In this document: piece by piece, positions 36,570 to 50,115 of the stretch
How the letters are laid out: each line of letters opens with the position of its first letter
Position numbering within the stretch: the stretch's first letter is position 1
DNA from: Callorhinchus milii
Taxonomy: Eukaryota
NCBI RefSeq assembly: GCF_018977255.1
Contig: NW_024704742.1
Span: forward strand, 31,064,001 to 31,128,000
DNA length: 64,000 nucleotides
Direction of reading: 5' to 3'
Made by a program: the position numbers and the translations under genes
Notes under the pieces: model-generated
Database searches by the model: none
What the model saw: only the letters and a program-made list of their open reading frames with translations
What the model was told of the DNA's origin: nothing

Positions 36570-39060
36570 TAGTAAATTTTCCCACATCTTCACTGCCCTC
36601 CTCTCCTTCCTAAACCTCACCCTTCATATAAACTCACCCACCCACAACCGTGGTCATGCCTTTGACCTTGTTATCACCCACGGCCTTGACATTTCCGACC
36701 TCAGCATAGTGGACAAGGCCATCTCGGACCACTTCCTTATCTCCTTCTCCTCCCACATCCCTCTCTCCTCCAACAAGCCCTCAACCATCCTCTGCCGCCC
36801 TTGGTAAAGGCTACCCCTCCAAGACCATCACAAAGGCCCTCACATCATCAAACATCCTATCCCTCTGGCCTTCCACCTGCGGAGATCCTGAAGCAGCCAT
36901 CCAGCTGCTCCACGATTGTCTCTCTTCCACCTTCAACTCCCTCGTTCCCCTGAAATCCAGGACCATCTCCAAACCCATCTGATCCCCCTGGTACAACAAC
37001 CATCTCTGCTGCCTAAAAACCCAAACCTGGCTGCTCGAGCGCAGATGGCGGAAAACTGGCCTGACAGCCCACCGCCAACTGTGGCTCGAGCATCTCCACA
37101 GCTACCGCCGTTCCTTGACACGCGCAAAAACGACCTTTTACTCCAACATCATCTTGGAGGCTAAACACAACTCTAAGATCCTTTTTTCCCCACCACCCAC
37201 TACCTTCTCCGTGCCCCCCTTCAGGCCTCCTCAATCTTCATATCAATTGCCAAGTGCGAGGAGGTCATGGACTTCTTTTCATCTAAAATTCACAACATCC
37301 GCCATGCAGCCTCATCCACCTGCCCCTTGTCACCCACCACCACACCCTTTCTGTCCCCTCACCCTCCCCATCATCTGTTCCTACCACCATCTCCGTCCTA
37401 CATTCCTTCCTCCCCATTTCTTCCTCCTCCCTCTCACCCACCATCACCTCCATGAAACCCACCACCTGCTGCCTCGAGCCCCTCCCCACCAATTTGCTGG
37501 TCACCCAGCTCCCCCTCCTCTGCCCACTACTGGCTGACATCATCAACCAGTCCCTCTCCTCTGGATCAGTCCCTGCCCCCCTCAAAACTGCTGTCATCAC
37601 CCCCCTCCTGAAAAAACCTTCCCTAGATCCCTCAAACCCCAGCCACTACCGCCCCATTTCTAACCTGCCCTTCCTCGCAAAAGTCCTATAACGCGTTGTT
37701 GCCAATCAACTTCGTGCCCACCTCTCCTCCCACTCCCTCTTCAAACCCCTCCAGTCCAGTTTCCGCCCTGCCCACAGCACAGAGACTGCGCTTGTGAAAG
37801 TCACAAATGACATCCTCTCTATCCGTGACCAGGGCTCCCTCTGCCTCCTTGTCCTCCTGGACCTCTCCACGGCATTCAACACAGTCGACCACGCCATCCT
37901 CCTCCACCGCCTTTCCTCCGTCATCCACCTCAGTGGAACTGCACTCGCCTGGTTCGAGTCCTACCTCACAAACCGCCAGCAGTATATCTGCACAAACTGC
38001 TTCTCCTCCCGCTCTCACCCGGTTACCTGTGGGGTACCCCAAGGATCCTCCTTGGCCCCCTCCTCTTTCTAATCTACATGCTCCCTCTTGGGGATATCAT
38101 CCGCAGATATTAGGTACATTTCCACATGTACGCGGACGACACTTAACTCTATTTTTCCACCTCTTTTTGCGACCCCCAGTCCCCTGATGTTCTGTCAGAT
38201 CTCGGGGGCTGGATGAGTGCAAATTTCCTTCAGCTGAACATTGACAAGACGGCAGCCATACTCTTTGGCTCTCATCAACTTCTAAAATCTCACGGCTTTC
38301 ACCTCCTCCACCTACCCGACCTCCCCCTAAAACTCTCCGAATCTGAATGCAACCTCGGTGTCAGGTTCGACCCCCAATTAGCCTCCACCCCCATATCTGG
38401 TCCCTCACCAGCACCACTTTCTTCCACCTCCGACGCATCACCCGCCTCCGTAAATACCTCTCTCCGAAAGCTGCTGAAACCCTGGTCCGTGCCTTTGTCA
38501 CCTCTCGGCAGGACAATTCTAACGCCCTCCTCACCGGTCTCCCATCCACTACCATCCATAAAATCCAGATCATTCAAAACTCTGCCGTCCGCATTCTCAC
38601 CCGCACCAAACTCCGTTCCCCGATCACCCCAGTCCTTGCCAGACTGCACTGGCTGCCTGTCCCAGAGAGGGTCGACTTCAAGATCCTCACCCTTGTCTTC
38701 AAATCCCTGCCCTCCTCTGCACCCCCCTACCTCTCTGACCTCATCTCTCCTCAAAACAGTACCTGTTGCCTTCGTTCCTCTGGGTCTGGCCTCCTCCTCA
38801 TCCCCCGAGTCCTCCGTTCCACCCTCGGCGGCCGTGCCTTCAGCCACTATGCCCCGAGGCTCTGGATCTCCCTTCCTCACTCCCTTCGTCTCGCTCCCTC
38901 TCTTCCTATTTTCAGGTCTCGGCTGAAGACCTTTCTCTTCGACCGTGCCTTTGGTCACCTTCCTCCCCACCCCCCTGGCTCAGAGCCGGGATCCATTACT
39001 GTAAAGCGCTCTGAAACACCGTCCGGCATGGAGGGCACTATATAAATCCAAGTTGTTGTT
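36570..39060 (+). mobile_element. 5'-truncated L2 LINE (end of endonuclease, RT, 3' tail), disrupted
   Basis: GHAFDLVIT/SDHFL endonuclease end; YRPISNLPFLAKVL, LVLLDLSTAFNTVDH, GVPQGS, HMYADDT, LHWLPV; tail aaatccaagttgttgtt; several stops and frameshifts. Confidence 0.95.
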
Positions 39061-39444
39061 ACACTGATTGGCAAAAATAATAAATTGCTCTGTGTTTTTA
39101 ATATTTTTGGGGTAGCATGACTGAAAAGGAGGATATTGCTTCTAATTTTTCCTGTACCTCCTGTATCCAAAAGGAATCAATTGGAAACCGATCAAATTTA
39201 TTTGTGGGCAACATCGTTTAAAACTGACAATAGTATAAGGATAGAAACATCCACCACAAGCGTGCCCTGTGATTTCTATCAAGAATTCTAGCATATCCAG
39301 AAGATGCTTAAAACTTGCTGCTGGTGGTCGTTACATAAGAACAAGAGGGCCAAACTGAGAAGCAAGCCTTTGGGCCAATATACGAATCCTTACCATGTGT
39401 GAAATCGGTTAATCCAAATCCAAAGGGCTTCAACTACAGGGCAC

Positions 39445-39810
39445 CACACTGGCTCAGTTGGTAGCAATGCCTTCTCTGAAGATCGTGGATTTAAGCCCCA
39501 TTTTAGTACTTGAATGCATAGGCTGGCAATTCGGTGGTCTTGAGAGAGCGCTGCACTGTAGGAGGTGCCACCTTTCACATAAGATGTTCAACCAGGGGTC
39601 TTGTTTGTTCTTTAAGTGGACGTTCCCCAGCTCAGTGGCAAACTCTGCCATTATTCAGTACTCTTGAGACAATATCGCAATGTGAAGGCAAGTTGTTGTA
39701 GATGTTCAATATCCCTTGACAGTATAATAATTCTTGTATTCTATATACTGCCTATAACATTGAAACATCCCAAAGTGCTTCACAAGAAATTGCTGTTAAG
39801 TGTAGTGACT
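39445..39810 (+). mobile_element. SacSINE1-like head fragment followed by an inverted SINE tail
   Basis: ctggctcagttggtagca head; ataataattcttgtattc reversed tail. Confidence 0.6.
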
Positions 39811-40317
39811 ATGTATTTGTCGTCAGACACTGTTTGAGAATAAAGCTTCTACTGATGCCCCAGTCAACAATCCTCCAGTTTAACAACAACTACAACAACA
39901 GCAAAATTACATTTATAGAGCTCCTTTCAGTCGGGAGGACGTCCCAAAGAACTGATTTAATTGAACATTGTTTGTGGGAAGTTCCTACATGCAAAATGGT
40001 TGTTACATTCTCCTACAAAAAGAGCCACTACACTTGACAGGAATTACCTGTGAAGCACTTTGAATCATTTCAGTGCAATAAAGCATTCTAAAAATGAGCA
40101 ACTTTTTAAAATTGTATTTCCATTATCAAATGCAAGGATTATTATTCACAGCAGGATTTTCAATGACTTTGGAAACCACTGTTAAGATTCACTGAATTCC
40201 TACACTATAACAAGCGGGGACTCTGCAGATTTAACATGTTCCATTTGTTAAAGTTATCAATACTCTTGGCCGCTCCCCCCTAAAAGTACATCTGAACACA
40301 CAACATTAAAAATATAT

Positions 40318-40323
40318 TTTATT
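40318..40323 (-). terminator. Candidate HELQ polyadenylation signal AATAAA (alternative at 40524-40529)
   Basis: tttatt on the + strand about 260 nt past the stop codon, followed by TG/T-rich sequence on the minus strand. Confidence 0.5.
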
Positions 40324-40584
40324 TCAATTGCATTTTATAATTCTATAAAAGGGCTGTTAAACACAATGAAATTGTAGGAGGAACAGAAGCCCAATAAATT
40401 AAGACATTTGTATTGAATGATTACTCTTATTCTTAATAGTCTTTTTGGACTGACAACAATGTTTGCTGTAATTTACATGAGTCAAGACCTCATTCATTTG
40501 TGGAATAAGGTTGTATTTATGCATTTATTCCTCTGCTCCAGGAAATTCTAGTTGATGAAGTATGATGAAAGTTTAAAAAAGTGC

Positions 40585-40767
40585 CTATTTACAGTCATTA
40601 TAATCATGGTTAAGATGGTAGCTGTGCACTCGGCAGGTCATTTGTTCTTTGTTCAGAGATTGTACAACTCTACATAGAAGTGACAGATTGTAGGGTAAAT
40701 CGCTGGGCATCCTCAGAAGCTCTTCGACTTCTTCTTGTAAAGCTTCAGTTTTTTCGTTCAGGAGCAT
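40585..40767 (-). CDS. HELQ: HELQ last exon (human exon 18 equivalent)
   Basis: MLLNEKTEALQEEVEELLRMPSD..CK*; acceptor tttatag. Confidence 0.93.
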   Translation of the reverse strand: MLLNEKTEALQEEVEELLRMPSDLPYNLSLLCRVVQSLNKEQMTCRVHSYHLNHDYNDCK

Positions 40768-41307
40768 CTATAAATAGATGAATAATTCAGAATAATTTGT
40801 ACTGACCATCTGCTTTCACTTCCATATTTGTCAAACACACTGTGCAGCTGCCAGTAATTTAGACATTTCTCAATTCTCTTAAATAACTGGAGAGGATCAG
40901 TTATTCATAGCCAACCATAAAGTTGGCTGCCATCCCCAAATTGCAGAATAGGAGCACCGTATAAGATGAAACAAGAAAGAACAGAAGATCTTAAACGTGA
41001 TTTTGAATGAAGTAAAGAGTAAGGTAGGATTTGAATAGGGAGAAGAATGGTCAAATAAAATAGGAAAGAGAATGCGAAAGGCGAGGTAAATTAAAGGGAA
41101 GAAAAAAGAATGATAAGGTTAACAGAATTAGTGTTGAAACATTTCACATTTTAATTAGAGCCATATTTCAAGGATTTATTTTTGTAGTTTCAGATCAATG
41201 TGACATGATTAAAGCCACTTCTGACATTAGAGAAGCTTTATTAACTATGGCCTTTTGTTTCAGGATTGTAAGAGATTAACTAGTACAAGGAGGCCAGAGT
41301 TTTTCTA

Positions 41308-41742
41308 TTCAGCCTGGCTCAGCTGGTAGCACTCTCAATGCTGAGTCAGAAGGTTTTGAGTTCAGGCCCAAAGTCGAGGCATCGAGCTCATAGTCCAGGC
41401 TGACACGACAGAGCAATGCTAGAGGAGCACTGCATTGCCAGAGATGCCTTTCTTTGGATGGGATGTTAAACTGAGGCCATTGGCCTGTTCATTGTGTTTG
41501 TGGATGTTAAAGATTCTGTGGCACTATTTGAAAAGAGAAGGGAAATTTCTCCTGGTGTCCTGGCTAACAAATTTCTCTGATAAAATTGATCATTCACTTC
41601 AGCTGTTTATGGGACATAGCTGTGCACAAACCAACTGCATCTTTGGCCTACAAATATGATCACTACACTTGTAAACCTGTGAAGCATGTTGAGATGTTTT
41701 GACATGAGGCAATACATATCAAATGCAAAGATTATTATTAAT
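41308..41742 (+). mobile_element. SacSINE1/DeuSINE-like SINE, near full length
   Basis: cagcctggctcagctggtagcactct head through atcaaatgcaaagattattatt tail. Confidence 0.88.
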
Positions 41743-41802
41743 AACTGGTTTATTAAACAATTGGTTCATAAAGGCTATGTTTTTTTCCAATCTCCCAAAT
41801 AT

Positions 41803-42225
41803 TTATAATCTTTGCATTTGATGGAGCTCCTCATCATGCTTTCAAGATATCTCGAAGCGTTTCACAGGATTTTACTGTTAAGTGTAGTGACAGTGTATTT
41901 GTGGTCAAATACAGGAGGCAATTTGCACACTGCAATGTCCCACAAGCAGCCATGAAGTGAGTGACCAATTTTATTTGGAGGAGCATTGGCCAGGACACCA
42001 GGAAAAACTCCCTTCTTTTCGAATAGTTTTGAATAAGGATCTTTAACGTCCAGCTGAGCAGGCAGATGGGACCTCGGTTTAACATCTCACCTGAAGGACA
42101 GCACTCCAACACTGTAGCTCACCTCCACCAGTGCATTGGATTGTCAGCCTAGACTGTGACCTCAAAGTCCTGTTATGGGGCTTAAACCCATGATCTTCTG
42201 ACCTAGTGACGAGACTGCTCAAGCT
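41803..42225 (-). mobile_element. SacSINE1/DeuSINE-like SINE, near full length
   Basis: Reverse copy, tail-to-tail with 41308-41742. Confidence 0.88.
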
Positions 42226-42329
42226 CTTTACTTAGTAAAGAAATAGCAGTACAGTACATGGCGAAATGCGTTACTATTACCCCAAAACAGACTGGGAAAC
42301 TGGCCTTAATTCACAAACATGGTACTTAC

Positions 42330-42464
42330 TTTAGCAGAGAAGACAATTTGTTTAGCCTGGCGTCGGGACAAATGTTCAATTGTCTTTACCAAAACCTCAG
42401 GGTTTGCATTGGCCAGATGACATAAAGATTTATAACCAGCATTGTACAGCTGACAAGCACGACC
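42330..42464 (-). CDS. HELQ: HELQ exon (human 17)
   Basis: [45 protein letters not shown]; 135 nt. Confidence 0.96.
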
Positions 42465-43582
42465 CTGCAACCAAATTAGTGAAAATGCTTGAAGGCAGCG
42501 GAATACAGATTTCCAATAACAAATCGATGCTTACCCTGTTAGTGTTGAAAGGCCTGGTTAATGGAGATTGATCTTGAAGAGTTGGCAATGGTTAAATAAA
42601 ATACTTATTGAAAATTGATACTTTACAAAATGCATAAAATCTAAGATATAAATCTTGTTATACTGGTGTAGAAGTTGTGCTTATGTACAATTGCAACGTT
42701 CATCAAACAAAATCGAAAACTAGAGCTAAGCAAGGCTTCTGCTCCAAAATCTACATTAGTTCATATCCAAATTGTCAAGAATCAGGATTAATGTGGCCTC
42801 ATGAATCAGACAGATATCTTACTGTTTCTGAATTGTGCTAAAACATTCTTTTTTTTAGTGTTATGAGTTTAGATAATGTGTTAACTGAACAATCACGTTA
42901 GCATTCATAATAAACTAATACTTTTCAATCAAGTTGATCTCTAGCAGCCATGCTATCTTCTTTGGGCACCATGTGAGCATTTCAAGAATTCAGACAATGC
43001 TGGTCTCTCATAATAATCTTTGCATTGGTATAGCATCTTACACATTAGGAGAATTTCCCAAACGCTTCACAGGATTGATTTTGAAGTGGAGTGACTGTAT
43101 ATTTATAAGTGAATGCGGCAGCCCAATTGCACATAACAATGTCCCAAAAGGGAAACGGGTTCAAAAAATGTCAGAACGGACTCAGTTGGTAATGTTTTCC
43201 TCTCTTGCTTCACTTAAATTATATATTATATAATATAAATATAATTTAAATATATTATATAAAAAAATATTATATTATAGTATATTTTGTGAAGCGCTTT
43301 GTGACATCTCAACAACGTGATAAGGCGCTTTATCGCTACATCAAATGCAAGGATTCTTCTTCTTCTTCTTCATATAACCACTTGTCTTAAGCGTTTCAAA
43401 ATGTGGGGAAACCTAAACTCATGTTTCTAATACGAGAGTTCAGTTCTGGTGCACAGTTATTTTTTCACAACCAAATACATATATTATCACATGTGTCAGA
43501 TGAATCATTGTTCAGGCAAACAACATCCTAACCTTATACTCCAGCACAAAGCTTATGAAAAGAATAACTCAGATCCACAAAC

Positions 43583-43696
43583 CTCCATGACGCCTGATAC
43601 CTCCATAAGAGGAACAAGTTCTGTTTTGACGCAGAATGAGAGCTTATGCGTGAGCTCTTTAAAGAGAGACCGATAAGCCCAGAACTCTTCTAATTC
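43583..43696 (-). CDS. HELQ: HELQ exon (human 16)
   Basis: [38 protein letters not shown]; 114 nt. Confidence 0.95.
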
Positions 43697-44593
43697 CTAT
43701 TCAACAGCACAAAACAAGAACGATGATCAGTTTAAAATCCATCCCTCACAAAATACAACCCTGTTTAAGATGCTAAAGCCAGGATATGTTATTTGCTTTT
43801 TTTATTACCTGCAACCTGCATTTCTATGACAATTTCAAAAATATATTTGGGCTAAATGTTTGTGATTGGAATTTGGAATTCTGTTCTCTTTCAGCAGCTA
43901 CACATAATGAACTACGTCATTTTAGGGCTCAGACTGTATTTTCCAGGTTTTTGCAAAATTCCCTTTGTGACTGGTCACGAAGCACACTCCAAATCGTATA
44001 CTAAATAAACGAAAAAATAGTTTTAAAATGAAGCTCCCTTTCACCAGGTGAAAAGACATAATGACTTCTAGTGGGCGTTCTCATAAAGGCTAACAAAAAC
44101 GAATTGATTCAGATTTAGTATATTGAACAATAAATGCTTCAATCCATTTTATTTCTGAATATACTGTACTCTAACTTCTACTACCCCAATACAGTACTAG
44201 AACACAGGGCTTCTAAATTGTGAATTAAAATTTACCAACTTCCAATACTCAAATTCTTTTTTACTGTTAAATTCTTTTTTACTGTTTTTCTTTTCTTTTA
44301 GTTGTACGATTTGGATTTTTAACAAATGAATCAATTTAAAAATACTATTTACCATTTCATAACTTTAAAAATATTATTCATTTCCTAAATATACAAAATA
44401 CCTAGATATTTTAAAATTACACTATTAAAAAGACAGAACTCTACAGATGTTTTGTTTAAAAATATGTTTTGAAATAAAAAAAACAAAGAAACTCATTGGT
44501 AGAGAGAGGACAGTTGATTAAGATTTCAATCTTCTGTTAACATTAGGAATTTGTTCATGCAATTAAGTATTCAACGCGAGAAAGCTTACTGTA

Positions 44594-44928
44594 TAAGGTG
44601 TTCACAAAGTCCTGTTACCCGCATATTTTTTTCCTACAGATGAGTTGTTGCAGATGAGTCGAATGTTAAATTGTCTGATATCAGTAACTTCCTCGTCATT
44701 CCATTCACGTTACGGAAGATGTTGCTAAACATGGCGACGGATCATTATCTGCCATGAAAATGATGGCATTCAGACCGATCCTCTGGACGTCTAAATACAG
44801 TAATCACTTGTACTGAATACAATTAAGTAAGTCTAAATACATTTATTATCATTCTTCCAAATGTTTCAGTTGTTGGTCAGTGCACTGTGTAAAAAAAAGG
44901 GGCTAACAGCAACTTTGTGAACACCCTG
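44594..44928. mobile_element. Tc1/mariner-type MITE with TA target duplication
   Basis: TA|taaggtgttcacaaagtcctgttaccc..gggctaacagcaactttgtgaacaccctg|TA terminal inverted repeats. Confidence 0.85.
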
Positions 44929-45189
44929 TAAGTCTAAAATCTCATGAATTTTCCGTGTAATTTTTCATTGTTGCTGAGTGCATAGAACTGAAAACTGCAA
45001 TAAAACTACATCCGAGCAAACAATAAACAATAAACACCAAATTTATAAAGTTGTTTGAAAATTAGAATGAAAGAGCACTCATGAACCACAGGCAAATGTG
45101 CTCATTTACTGGAAAGAAAAATCAATTTATATTATAAATATTAAACATCACAGAAAGAAGATACATAAAATTGCTGCCGATACAGGTAC

Positions 45190-45363
45190 CTCACAGAAAT
45201 GTAGAACAGAAGAGGAGAAAGCTGCTGCTGAATTTAGCAGATTTTGCACAAAGCCTCTGGGCAAGTTGAAGTTCAGTGCTACAGTCCATATATTCACCTC
45301 TTTGACCAGGGAATAAAGCACCAGGGAGAGGTAGAACTGGCTTACCACAAAGCCATCTACAGT
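45190..45363 (-). CDS. HELQ: HELQ exon (human 15)
   Basis: [58 protein letters not shown]; 174 nt. Confidence 0.96.
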
Positions 45364-46001
45364 CTGCAGGAAAAGCATAAATGAATACAATATTTAATAC
45401 AAATGCACTCAATTTGCGGGGTTGCACTGATGTTAAACACAACTGTCCTGGGTGAGTTATCTCAGTAATTTTAAAACCTAGATAAGATTTTTTTTACTTG
45501 GCCTGATGATATCGTTGCTGAGCAGTAAATCACTGCAGCAACGTGAACTGACTGGACTGTTATTTATCATTTAAAACCCTAAGGAATTTCTCCACATTGT
45601 GGTGGAGCAACAGGGGTCATTTTACAAACTCCAAAGTCTAAACAGTGACTGAAGCGAGAGTTTATTGAGGTGCTAAAAGGTCTGCGTGTACCACATCACC
45701 TCTCGGTTCGGGTTAACTGTTCAGAAGAGAAGGTTGATCAACTTTTAATGCAGTGGTGCAGGACAATGTCTGCTGGTGATTCCAACAAACAACAATGGTG
45801 ATCCATGATTACTTGAATTACCCATAACAAATCTGTCTGTGTTTACACCATTTCTCAGTATTATTACACCAAAGAGTACATCCTGAAACATGGTAGAAAT
45901 TCAAAATATCATAATGCTCTCCAGCAGTCTAGAGATATTTATTGGTACCAACAGTGAAATGGGTGATATGCAATACCTATTACAATACAAATTTACATTT
46001 A

Positions 46002-46383
46002 CAGTAAACTCCTGGTTTACTGGACTCTGGGTATCTGAAGTTCGGACCTAGCTGGACCGGGCCAGAAATGGAAATTCTTTTAAAATTTTTCCGGTAGACT
46101 CCCATTGGCCCCACTCTCCTAACACGCCTCCCCACCTCACTGAGCATGCTGGCCTTCAGATGCCAGCTGGGGATATCGACTTTGACTTGGTTTGAATCCC
46201 GCAAGCAGAAGATAGGCTTATTCAAACAATAACAATGCCAGAACAGGCATTTACCAGCACTTTAAGGCACCAAAAAAGCCAGTAAATGCTAATACCGGCA
46301 TTGTAATTACAACTTAAGACAGAAATCCTGGCTCGCTGGACCGGATTTCTCTCCCATTGGTCCATCCAGCCGGGGTTTTAGTG
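46002..46383. mobile_element. Tc1/mariner-pogo-type MITE
   Basis: TA|cagtaaactcctgg..ccagccggggttttagtg|TA. Confidence 0.7.
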
Positions 46384-47430
46384 TATATAATGCCTTTCAT
46401 GTCAGGAGGATGACCTGAGTTGCACACGATCTGTAGGATACTTAAGCATCCTTCTGTAGCCTATTGCTGAGGATCAAACAGACAGCAGAGCAAATTACCT
46501 CAAAATCCTCCTGAATAATGCAGCTCGGGTCAGCATTTCAAGCCAACTGAAGCTCAGCGGGCCCATAAGTAAAAACATTAAAGCTGGAGCTCTCCAGCCC
46601 CAAAGGTAACATTAAACTATAAACAACAACAATAATTTAACTCCAACCAAATTAGTGTGAAGGCAATGAACCAGTATAATGAAAGCCTGAGAAACCTAGG
46701 ATACATGATTTTGGAAAGGGCGAAGTCACCACATTAAAAAATGAATATGATGCTGTAAAGACTACAGATATTGAACTCGATCATCCTCCAGTTTCGTGAA
46801 AGGTGTCTAAGGTGTCGTAAACGTGTCACCAAAACCTTGGTATTCAATGGGAGAATATGGTTCTATCAAATTGTTAAGTTGCCGCAGTAATCCAAGTGGT
46901 GAGAAAATAATAGCAAAATTACTTTCAATAACTCATGGAACTCACAACTTGCTTGAAAACATACTGTTCAGAGCAATATAGAACTAGAAAATGGAGGCAG
47001 TATGGAGATAATATGAGGGCCAGTTTATTGTATGGTTGTCAGGGATGCTTGCTGGGCAGATATAGGTATTTGAGTGTATTCTATGTTATTTATTATGCCA
47101 CAAAATACTTTTACATGATGATCCAATTCCTTGAAGATGTTATTAAGACCTTTGAATACATTATAATAACTGCAGTAAGATATTAAATTTTGGGGCATGG
47201 GCAATCTTGGGCAGTGAGTAATGTGGGCAATCATCCAATAATCCTTACATTTAATAATCTAGCAAAACTTTCCCAAAGGCAGTGAAATGCTCTAGGGAAA
47301 TTAACTTTTGTAGGGTATGTGGAACAGTGAGTGAAATCAATTGCTCGGGAATGGCTCCCTAATAATTCTTCACAAGGAAGCCTGCACATTTTTCATGCTA
47401 ATTGGAATAATTTTGTCACAATTTCCTTAC

Positions 47431-47529
47431 CGTTTTCACAGCTTGTCCGGATGCCTTCTTTGTAAGGAAGCTCTCTTGTATGCCCATAAGGGTAAATACT
47501 CTCTGCTCAATTACATCTAGCTGATGAAA
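47431..47529 (-). CDS. HELQ: HELQ exon (human 14)
   Basis: FHQLDVIEQRVFTLMGIQESFLTKKASGQAVKT; 99 nt. Confidence 0.94.
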
Positions 47530-47994
47530 CTGTAATTGAAGTAAAACATTTACTGAATCCCACAGTCAGAAGCACAGGGTAGTTAACTCCTCTGTACTCA
47601 TTAGATTCATAGTATTATTTCTCAGACTTCTCAAGCCAAACCAATTGTTGGTTCCTAACAAAGCCAAACTAGATTATCCGTTATATAACTGTTTCAACTG
47701 TGACTTTTCATACCTTGCATCTCCAAACTCTAATCTTTCAGTATGTGCTTACACAAAAGAAACTAAAGCTAATTAGAGATGCATTAGATATAAGAAGTAA
47801 CTTTTCTGTTATGAGATTGGGTTATGAGATACCCAAACTGTCTTGGATGCATTATTGCATAATGTACTTTCAATATTCTGTTGAAGGTTAAACCAATGTT
47901 TTGTTCACTTTTATCAACACAATATGGATGACTATTATGTAGTGTTTATGTCATTGTCAATGGCATACCAAAGCCCTGTTTAGCTATCTTTTAC

Positions 47995-48152
47995 CTGCCT
48001 AAAAAAGATCATCCAGTCTGGGGTGCATTGGGATACTAAATCATATGGAGTCACCAGGTAGATGAGATGAAGGTAGTTACTAAGCACTAGACCCTCCAAA
48101 CCTTTCTTCAAGTTCTTGTACAAGACATCGCAGTATTCCAAGTCGATTGATC
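47995..48152 (-). CDS. HELQ: HELQ exon (human 13)
   Basis: [52 protein letters not shown]. Confidence 0.96.
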
Positions 48153-48716
48153 CTGGGAGCAAAACAGCATATTAGTGAAACCAATAAAAAAACTTCTGCT
48201 ATGGAAAAACTCTCTTGCGTTGATTAATTGATTTATTTCACTGTCACTATTTTTATGGGATTTACAATAAACTGAAAAAAAATTACGTCCTTCAATTTAT
48301 GTGACTGGTTCGAGGTATTAATTCTTTTCCTTTTCAGCAGTGTGGAGACTTACCATATCTGATACGGTTGCAGACTCAGTCTAAGTTGCCTTTTCCTTGT
48401 TGACACACCTCTACATAACTAACCACCACTACTGCGGGAGTTACATAATTGATCTATGCTCTAGTCTTAGTTTGAGGCCTGCTAATGTTACAGTTTGTGT
48501 CTTCCATTTATTTCCATGATATTTTAAAATCAATTCCTTTAATAACTCAGTTCACCGCCACACTGCACTGCCCTGTTCAAAACCACATTTCTTTCAGAGC
48601 ATGAGACACAGTATTTTTTGAGGGATCACTGAACTGTAAATGTTGTAGAATTAATATGTTTGGGTGTTGAAGATGAAAAGGAATTCAGTTGCCAAAGGTG
48701 GGAATGCCGAGCTCAC

Positions 48717-48942
48717 CTTTATAAGTAGCGTGACCCAGCGTTGTCACTTCTAAAGTGTGGCGTATTTCCTGTTCACTGCTTTTATGGGATACTTTGTCAC
48801 TTATTAGACCCTTTTCGATCAACAATTCCAGGGTTTGCTTTGTGACCTCCCAAAGGCTTTTCCCATCAGACAGCTGTTGCTGCTGCACACTAAACAGAGT
48901 GCCAGACAAGAACCGAACAATTTCTTCAGGTGTCTGGGTAAT
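48717..48942 (-). CDS. HELQ: HELQ exon (human 12)
   Basis: ITQTPEEIVRFLSGTLFSVQQQQL..VTTLGHATYK; AAG acceptor; 226 nt. Confidence 0.92.
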
Positions 48943-50010
48943 CTTTTATAAAAAAAAACAATCTTAATGGTTTTCAAACAGAGGCAAAGAATACCTTTTT
49001 AATCTTATTAAAAAAAGTTGAATAAACTACTTTTAAGACAACATTACAGTAAAAATGTCTTAATATAATTTCCATTAAGAAAACAAGCATTTGAAATTAG
49101 ATTTGAAAGTGCCAATGTCATTTTGTTAAAATCAAATTTTGTCTCTCAAGTAAATCGAAAGTGATGTAGTATGCAGCTTTCACTAAAGCAGTATAAATTG
49201 AGGCTCGAGTTAGCACAAATCATTCTGGAGCCTTTTTCCTTACACCACCCGAAGAAGATAATTCAGGAGTACCTTACTACACTGTAAATACAGGGACTGC
49301 TTATTAATGTTGTTATATAATTGGTCATGCAACTCGCTCTCACCCAGAACGTTCAGATGTGGTTTCTTTTCTCAGTCCAGGAGTGAAGTGAAGCAGGAAG
49401 TGTATAAATCACGCTTCCAACTCCACATTGCTCTACTGCTGAAAGCAAAGTCACTTCCAACAGCGTAAACACAATATATGATTCAACCAAGTAGGATGTT
49501 TAAGTAACAAATCAATAACTAAATAAAGTAAATCATTAAAGACAAAATAAGAATTTTGTGAGAATGATATGTCATTGGGACTACAATGTCATCCTAAAGA
49601 AGCAGGATTATAAAATATCCTCAATGTGAGACTTACGTTTCAAAACATTCCAGCAGCGATTTTAAACATAAATTTCATTTGTTCCCCCTCCATTCCTTCA
49701 GTGTGTGAAAGTACAGCAACGTGTGGGGAGGCTAGAACCTGACCCACATCCTCTCTGGAGCTGCCTAATGTGTGGTCATGTTATAGCACATTTTTGTATG
49801 CTTGTTCATTCAAATAAAGTGATAAATAATACCAGCCACTGAATCAATGATGTTCCCATACGTACAGAGAATCAAAAAGTTACAATCTTTTTTTAAATAA
49901 GGTGATGCAACATATATTTTTATTTGATTCGACAATCCGTTAGGCAACACTAACATGCAAATCCACTTAAGTGCAAAGATTTCCCGCATACAAGAATACA
50001 ATCCATGTAC

Positions 50011-50115
50011 CTTTAGCCCAATTAAGGACAGCAGCAAAGCTTTAATTCCTTTTCCATGGTCACACAGAAGGTTGCTGTAACAACCTTCTGATGGTCTGCT
50101 TACTAAATCTGTCAC
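50011..50115 (-). CDS. HELQ: HELQ exon (human 11)
   Basis: VTDLVSRPSEGCYSNLLCDHGKGIKALLLSLIGLK; 105 nt. Confidence 0.95.

Noticed and set aside
36570..39060. Active retrotransposon or domesticated RT gene
   Set aside because: 5' truncated, with in-frame stops and frameshifts
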